A DNA stretch of 64,000 nucleotides from an uncultured Muribaculaceae bacterium (GTDB taxonomy: Bacteria; Bacteroidota; Bacteroidia; Bacteroidales; Muribaculaceae). Within the stretch, counting starts at the first letter, position 1. Every line of letters starts with the position of its first letter. The notes below the pieces were generated by a model. The model did not search any database and was not told the DNA's origin. It saw nothing but the letters and a program-made list of their open reading frames with translations. This document shows positions 59,072 to 64,000 of this stretch, piece by piece. The stretch is from assembly GCA_947386115.1 (NCBI GenBank), contig CANDNO010000002.1, forward strand, positions 10,965 to 74,964, read 5' to 3'. The position numbers and the translations under genes were made by a program.

Positions 59072-59608
59072 GTGCGTCCCGTTTATCTTATAGGCTACAT
59101 GGGCTGCGGCAAGACCACACTGGGTCGTGCTGTAGCTCGTTGTGCGTCAATGCGTCTCATCGACCTCGACGAGTATATCGAAGAGCGTGAGGGCATGTCG
59201 GTAAGGCAGATTTTCGACGCTAAGGGTGAAGCATACTTCCGCGCTGTCGAGCGGGAATCTCTTGCCGAGGTATCGCGCATGAGCGACGTGATCATCGCCA
59301 CCGGGGGCGGCACACCATGCCAGCCGGGGCTTATGGACATGATGCTCGAGACCGGTACCGCAGTGTGGCTCGAGGCACCGATCGACGTCCTGCACCGACG
59401 TCTCATTGAGGGACGGGCAACCCGTCCGCTCATAGCATCGCTCGACGATGACGAGCTACGCCGGTTCATCGTCAAAGCGCTCGACGCCAGGCGACCTCAT
59501 TACGCGCGAGCTGCCGCACGTTTCGACTCCTCCCGCCTCGAATCGACCGCCGAAATCGCCGACTCCGCCGCCCGCTTCATCGACCAATTCATCGACCACA
59601 GCTCCTGA
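59072..59608 (+). CDS. aroK: Shikimate kinase
   Basis: LIGYMGCGKTTLGR (P-loop), IATGGG, and the lid region RPL. The start is a GTG at 59072 as given in the track. Confidence 0.8.
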   Translation: MRPVYLIGYMGCGKTTLGRAVARCASMRLIDLDEYIEEREGMSVRQIFDAKGEAYFRAVERESLAEVSRMSDVIIATGGGTPCQPGLMDMMLETGTAVWLEAPIDVLHRRLIEGRATRPLIASLDDDELRRFIVKALDARRPHYARAAARFDSSRLESTAEIADSAARFIDQFIDHSS

Positions 59609-59636
59609 TAACGGATTCCGACACCTCTTTCGTTCT

Positions 59637-59935
59637 GTTAGGCGCGAAGCATCGCGCCATCTGCATTTTGCATATCATCCCAAGGTCCACGCGGCACGCC
59701 GCGTCCCTACAATCAGGACGTCCCGAACCCCGTACCTTGAACCTCGAACCTCGTACCCCGAACCTTGAACCTTGGACCTTGAACCTAAAAAGGGCCTCGT
59801 ACCTTGGGCCTTATTCCACGCGGCACGCCGCGTCCCTACAATTAGGACGCCTCGTACCCCGCACCTCGTACCTCGAACCTCGAACCTCGAATCTCGAACC
59901 TCGAACCTAAAAAGAGCCTCGTCCCTACAATTTTT
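59637..59935 (+). repeat. Composite intergenic repeat: a GC hairpin, then two tandem units of about 130 bp, each a REP-like hairpin plus a period-8 array plus GAACCTAAAAAGRGCCTCGT
   Basis: 59641-59658 reads GGCGCGAAGCATCGCGCC. The REP-like units are at 59688-59718 and 59817-59847 (CACGCGGCACGCCGCGTCCCTACAATYAGGA). A truncated copy GTCCCTACAATT is at 59921-59932. The 8-mer arrays are at 59719-59786 and 59848-59907 (CCTCGAAC x5). Confidence 0.85.
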
Positions 59936-59940
59936 GACTG

Positions 59941-61110
59941 ATGTATTCTCCACTTGAACAAGCCGCTGAGGTTGCTACCTCCCGCCGTCGTTTCTCCATT
60001 GGCCTGCCGCGAAGCGCCTCGCAGGCCGAGCGTCGTTTTCCGCTTACTCCCGAGGCCGTAAACATTCTTGTCGAGCGCGGCTTCACCGTCAAGATGGAGA
60101 CCGGCGCCGCCGATGTGATACACTATACCGACAACCGATACTCTCGCCACGGAGCATCGATCGTCGACCGCTCCACCACATTGCAGTGTGACATCGTGAT
60201 CCACCTTGCCCCCCTGTCGGTGGCCGACGTCAGCCACATGCGCCGCGGAGCTATGCTGCTCACGCTGCTCCACTCGTCGGTGAGATATACCAAACCGCTC
60301 GTCGACGCACTGATTAACCGCGGCATAATGACAATCGCCATCGACCTTATACGAGAACACGAGGGGCACTCGCCATTTGCCGACATCCTCAGCGAGATCG
60401 ACGGCCGTGCCGCTCTGGCCACAGCCTCGTCGCTTCTTGCCGACGCTCTTCGCGGCAAAGGCATTCTGCTGGGCGGTGTAGCCGGAATAGTACCCTGCGA
60501 GGTCATGATTCTCGGCAGCGGCATAGCAGCCTGTGCCGCCGCCATGTCGGCTCTGGGACTGGGTGCACAGGTGCGCATGTTCGACAGCGACACCTACAGC
60601 CTGCGTTCGGCACTGATGAAACTTGGCCCGGGAGTGGCCGGCTCCGTACCCCACCCCCACGTTGTCGACAACGCCCTGCGTAGCGCCGACGTTGTCATCG
60701 CCACCACAATGAACTCAAGCGAGGTCATAGGCAGCGAACGCATCGAACTGATGAAACGTGGCGTAATAACATTCGATATCTCGGCAACACCCGGCACCAC
60801 ATTCCCCTCGCTACCCACAATCGATCTCGCCGTAGCCCGCAGCTGCGACAACTCCACCGACGGCTACCGCGTGTGCTACGTCAACGCCGGCAGCGCCGTT
60901 CCCCGCACCGCCGCCATGGCCCTGAGCAACACCTTCATCACCATGCTCGACGACGTCGTGACCTGCGAGGGCATGAACAACGCGCTCAAACTCACGCCCG
61001 GACTCCAAGGCGCCACGCTCACGTTCAGCGGACACGCCGTCAACCCCGAGATCGCCCGCATATCAGGTTGCCGTCCTACCGATTTAGCCCTTTTCCTACA
61101 ACTTTCATGA
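59941..61110 (+). CDS. Alanine dehydrogenase / PNT-family NAD(P)-binding protein
   Basis: AlaDH/PNT N-domain (ERRFPLTPEAVNILVERGFTVKMETGAA) and a Rossmann motif (VMILGSGIAACAAAMSALGLGAQVRMFD). Confidence 0.6.
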   Translation: MYSPLEQAAEVATSRRRFSIGLPRSASQAERRFPLTPEAVNILVERGFTVKMETGAADVIHYTDNRYSRHGASIVDRSTTLQCDIVIHLAPLSVADVSHMRRGAMLLTLLHSSVRYTKPLVDALINRGIMTIAIDLIREHEGHSPFADILSEIDGRAALATASSLLADALRGKGILLGGVAGIVPCEVMILGSGIAACAAAMSALGLGAQVRMFDSDTYSLRSALMKLGPGVAGSVPHPHVVDNALRSADVVIATTMNSSEVIGSERIELMKRGVITFDISATPGTTFPSLPTIDLAVARSCDNSTDGYRVCYVNAGSAVPRTAAMALSNTFITMLDDVVTCEGMNNALKLTPGLQGATLTFSGHAVNPEIARISGCRPTDLALFLQLS

Positions 61111-61754
61111 GCCAGTCAAAAAAGAAATACTACGTCGTGTGGGCCGGCTGGGACACCGGCGTGTTCGACTCCTGGGAAGATGCCCAGCTGCAGATAAACG
61201 GTTTCCCCGGAGCCCGCTACAAAAGCTTTGAATCACAGGCCGCAGCCATCAATGCCTACCGCGGCAATCCCGAGGAATACATAGGCGTAATACGCAAGAT
61301 CTTCACTCATCCCGCCGCTCCCGTCAACTACGATGCCATACCCGAGATACGCCGGGACGCCCTTGCCGTGGACGGAGCATGCGCGAAGAATCCCGGACCG
61401 ATGGAATACCGCTGTGTGCGCGTAGCCACCGGCGAGGAGGTATTCCACATGGGACCGCTCGCCGACGGCACCAACAACGTGGGCGAATATCTCGCCCTCG
61501 TCCACGCCCTCGCACTGCTCGACAAGCAGGGCGACCACATCACCCCCGTCTATTCCGACAGCCGCACCGCCCAGGCTTGGTTACGTCGTCGCGGCCACAA
61601 ATCGACTCTGAAACGTACCCCTGCCAATGCCCGCATCTTTGAACTGCTCGAGCGTGCCGACGCCTGGGTGCAGAGCCACGAGATACTGAATCCCGTCATC
61701 AAATGGGACACCGACAACTGGGGTGAGATTCCCGCCGACTTCGGCCGCAAATAG
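61107..61754 (+). CDS. RNase H1-type ribonuclease H with an N-terminal hybrid-binding (viroplasmin-like) domain
   Basis: The HBD reads KKYYVVWAGWDTGVFDSWEDAQLQINGFPGARYKSFESQAAA. The RNase H core reads AVDGAC..NPG.., GTNNVGEYLALVHAL and VYSDS. ATG 61107 overlaps the upstream stop in an ATGA arrangement. Confidence 0.75.
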   Translation: MSQSKKKYYVVWAGWDTGVFDSWEDAQLQINGFPGARYKSFESQAAAINAYRGNPEEYIGVIRKIFTHPAAPVNYDAIPEIRRDALAVDGACAKNPGPMEYRCVRVATGEEVFHMGPLADGTNNVGEYLALVHALALLDKQGDHITPVYSDSRTAQAWLRRRGHKSTLKRTPANARIFELLERADAWVQSHEILNPVIKWDTDNWGEIPADFGRK

Positions 61755-61811
61755 TCACGCCGCCTACAACCATACCGGCCTTGGTGTGTTATAATTCATA
61801 TACAGTATTAT

Positions 61812-63014
61812 ATGCGACAGATTATAACACACTTCACCGACGACGATCTCTATAAGTTCACAATGTGCTGTGCCGTGATCGAGAACTACCCGCGCACGAG
61901 GGTCAAATACAAGTTCACCGATCGCGCCGACACCATCTATCCTCCCGGCTTCGCCGACCGACTCGAGGAGCAGATTGCCATGCTCGAAAGCCTGACCATC
62001 ACGCAGGAAGAGATCGATTTCATGCGCCGCCGCTGCACCTATATCCCCGTGTGGTTCTACAGTTTCCTGAAAGGATTCCGTTACGACCGACGTCTCGTCA
62101 CTGTGGCTCAGGATGCACAGGGTCATCTTAGCGTCGAGTTTGAGGGCAACTGGAGCGATACAATCCTGCTCGAGGTCAAAGTGCTCGCAATAATCTCCGA
62201 GCTCTACTATATCATGACCGGGCAGAGCGACACCCTTGACTACGACACCTACTATTACAAGTCGTGGAACAAAGCCAAGAGGCTCATCGAGGCCGGATGC
62301 GTGTACAGCGATTTCGGCACCCGCCGCCGCGCCTCGTTCCAGGCCCAGGACACCGTTGTCAGGGCCATGAAAGAGTGTGGCGACTCAATGGGCGGACCGG
62401 GACGCTTCACCGGCACCAGCAACGTCTACCTCGCCATGAAGTATGACCTTACGCCCATAGGCACGATGGCCCACGAGCTTATATGTGCCATTGCCGGAAT
62501 GTATGGCCCGCAGATGTCCAACTATATCGCCATGAAGACCTGGGCCCACACCTACCGTGGCGCCCTCGGCACATTCCTTTACGACACCTACGGCTGGCGC
62601 ATATTCAGCCTCAATTTCTCCGAAGACTACGCCAACATGTTCAAGGGACTGCGCGTGGACAGCGGAGACAATTACAAGGAGCTTGACCTCATAGTCGAAA
62701 AATACCGCTCGCTCAACATCGACCCGCGCACGAAGCAGATTGTATTCAGCAACGGACTCGACGTTGACGAAGCAATCAAAATCCAACAGTACGCCACCGG
62801 CAAGTGCCAGCCATCATTCGGCATAGGCACACATTTCACCAACGACTTCCCCGGCGTGAAGCCCATGAACATAGTGATAAAACTGCTCGCGGTGAAGATC
62901 ACCGAGGCTTGGCCGTTCTACTGCTCGACATGCAAGCTGAGCGAGGATCACGGCAAATACACCGGCGACCCCGAGACCGTAGCCAGCTTCCTCCAGACTC
63001 TCAATCTTGAATAA
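61812..63014 (+). CDS. pncB: Nicotinate phosphoribosyltransferase
   Basis: The N-terminus DDDLYKFTM, then SDFGTRRR, GTSNV and the TMAHE motifs of PncB. Confidence 0.85.
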   Translation: MRQIITHFTDDDLYKFTMCCAVIENYPRTRVKYKFTDRADTIYPPGFADRLEEQIAMLESLTITQEEIDFMRRRCTYIPVWFYSFLKGFRYDRRLVTVAQDAQGHLSVEFEGNWSDTILLEVKVLAIISELYYIMTGQSDTLDYDTYYYKSWNKAKRLIEAGCVYSDFGTRRRASFQAQDTVVRAMKECGDSMGGPGRFTGTSNVYLAMKYDLTPIGTMAHELICAIAGMYGPQMSNYIAMKTWAHTYRGALGTFLYDTYGWRIFSLNFSEDYANMFKGLRVDSGDNYKELDLIVEKYRSLNIDPRTKQIVFSNGLDVDEAIKIQQYATGKCQPSFGIGTHFTNDFPGVKPMNIVIKLLAVKITEAWPFYCSTCKLSEDHGKYTGDPETVASFLQTLNLE

Positions 63015-63021
63015 CCGGCTC

Positions 63022-63330
63022 TTACTTTTGGGTCACAACGACCTTGTCACGGGGACTGAGCGACGGGATGTCGATGTCGTAGGGCAGTCCCTCGGGCAAC
63101 GCGAAACGGTACTCGTAGCTGCCGTCGTCGCGCAGTTTCCACGATGACGTGACCGTGCCGTGGGGTGTCTCGGTGCGGGCCGTGGCATACTCTATGCGCT
63201 TCTGCCCTGTCTTGGCAAGGTAAGGCGTCACATCGACCTCACGGCACATCACCTCGTGGCGATAGTCGGTCCAGCCGGGATTCAGCTCGCCCATCTCCAC
63301 CCGCCACCACAGCAACAACAAACGCAACAA
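63022..63330 (-). pseudogene. Probable remnant of an alpha-L-rhamnosidase-like (GH78-type) gene
   Basis: The 102-aa ORF joins an N-domain-like piece (LNPGWTDYRHEVMCREVDVTPYL, cf. PgwtdY..v.Y..yDVT..L) directly to a C-terminal-like piece (TPHGTVTSSWKL...FALPEGLPYDIDIP). There is no signal peptide and no catalytic (alpha/alpha)6 region. Confidence 0.35.
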
Positions 63331-63433
63331 AGCATCTCATCCTCATACCAAAAACTTCATAGGTTAATCACCACGAAGATACACAAAAAATTCTTTTATT
63401 ATTAAATTTCCCCTCCAATATTTCAAAATACGA

Positions 63434-64000
63434 TTATTGCTTAAGTTTATTGAGTCGCATTACAATTGAGGTTTGACTTCTTCCCATTTTTGCAGCTATA
63501 TATTTCAAGCTCTTTCCCTCATCATGTAGCTGTAGCAGAAATTGATCAGCCTGTTTAGTCCATCTTTTATTTGCATTTGGATGTTTTGCATAGCTTTCCT
63601 CAGAAATCCTTTCGGGTCGCAAAAACTCATCAACAAATACTGATGGGAAACGCCTGTCATAAAGCACAAAAGTCTTATACTTAGCCCGGGTAATTGCAAC
63701 ATAGAATAATCTACGCTCTTCTCCAAATGGATATTGGTCACCCTTAGTCAATACATAATTGATCACCTTGTCATCACTAACAAGAGACGGAAAACCGTAA
63801 GTATCTTTATTACACTGCAATAGTATTACATAATCTGCTTCAAGACCTTTTGACTTATGAACTGTCAAAAACTCTATTTTTCGTCCGCAAATCAAATAGA
63901 AAAATCTATTGCCCTCTTTTATACCTTGAAACATAAACGAAAGATAATAATCGTCAAAAGAATATCGTCCTAATAAAAAAATAGATTTATCTGACGGTAT
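63434..64000 (-). CDS. UvrD/Rep/helicase IV-like superfamily 1 helicase, C-terminal part with an extra HTH-like tail; the 5' end lies beyond the window
   Basis: Helicase motifs V/VI are present (TVHKSKGLEADYVIL, LFYVAITRAK). The frame stays open upstream of the track Met through 64000 (..IPSDKSIFLLGRYSFDDYYLSF-MFQG). The tail reads WTKQADQFLLQLHDEGKSLKYIAAKMGRSQTSIVMRLNKL. GC is very low. Confidence 0.65.
   Translation of the reverse strand: MPSDKSIFLLGRYSFDDYYLSFMFQGIKEGNRFFYLICGRKIEFLTVHKSKGLEADYVILLQCNKDTYGFPSLVSDDKVINYVLTKGDQYPFGEERRLFYVAITRAKYKTFVLYDRRFPSVFVDEFLRPERISEESYAKHPNANKRWTKQADQFLLQLHDEGKSLKYIAAKMGRSQTSIVMRLNKLKQ

Noticed and set aside
59688-59935. A possible CRISPR array, suggested by repeated 30-nt hairpin-containing units.
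   Set aside because: There are only 2-3 units per locus. The would-be spacers are themselves low-complexity 8-mer arrays that are similar between units. Unit spacing is irregular between loci, and no cas genes or leader are present.
59842-60660. A 272-aa minus-strand ORF.
   Set aside because: It is antisense to the AlaDH/PNT-family gene, and its 3' part runs through the 8-mer repeat array.

Overview
This 64-kb window is a chromosomal segment of a Bacteroidota genome of Bacteroidales type. The assignment rests on SusC/SusD pairs, TAnnTTTG -7 promoter boxes, lipobox lipoproteins and T9SS C-terminal sorting domains. GC looks like the mid-to-upper 50s % by eye, with several clearly lower-GC inserts.

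Layout:
- 1-5.1 kb: housekeeping genes (LpxL-family acyltransferase, mtaB, an aminotransferase, tyrS) plus a low-GC GxxExxY mini-cassette flanked by inverted 8-mer arrays.
- 5.4-12.5 kb: PUL 1, consisting of SusC, SusD and two unknown lipoproteins, with no enzyme or regulator. It is followed by tRNA-Gln and a REPIN-like inverted doublet.
- 12.9-47.1 kb: a large complex-xylan-type PUL. It holds a GH127/146-like enzyme, a CE1-type esterase, a CBM-only protein, a large putative glycoside hydrolase and a GH10-derived lipoprotein that looks catalytically dead. It also holds a DUF1735-like lipoprotein, tandem SusD/SusC pairs in xusA-D order, a GH43, a 1262-aa SGNH-esterase/CE1-esterase/GH43 fusion, a hybrid two-component sensor and a GH115.
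- 47.3-63.0 kb: housekeeping genes (rbfA, lolE-like, modF-like, recF, DUF721, a thioesterase, dnaX, mscL, aroK, an AlaDH/PNT-family gene, RNase H1-type, pncB). These are interrupted by a low-GC Bro-N/DinD-like gene and by a lower-GC two-gene module of secreted proteins bracketed by direct repeats of about 150 bp.
- 63.0-64.0 kb: a rhamnosidase-like gene remnant, an abrupt drop in GC, and a partial UvrD-like helicase gene.

The least explained signal is a family of strictly intergenic composite repeats. Each has a GTAG-plus-hairpin (REP-like) unit, a period-8 pyrimidine-rich array and a second GC hairpin, and the family occurs at four loci.

All calls come from reading translations and sequence by eye. 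No database searches were run.
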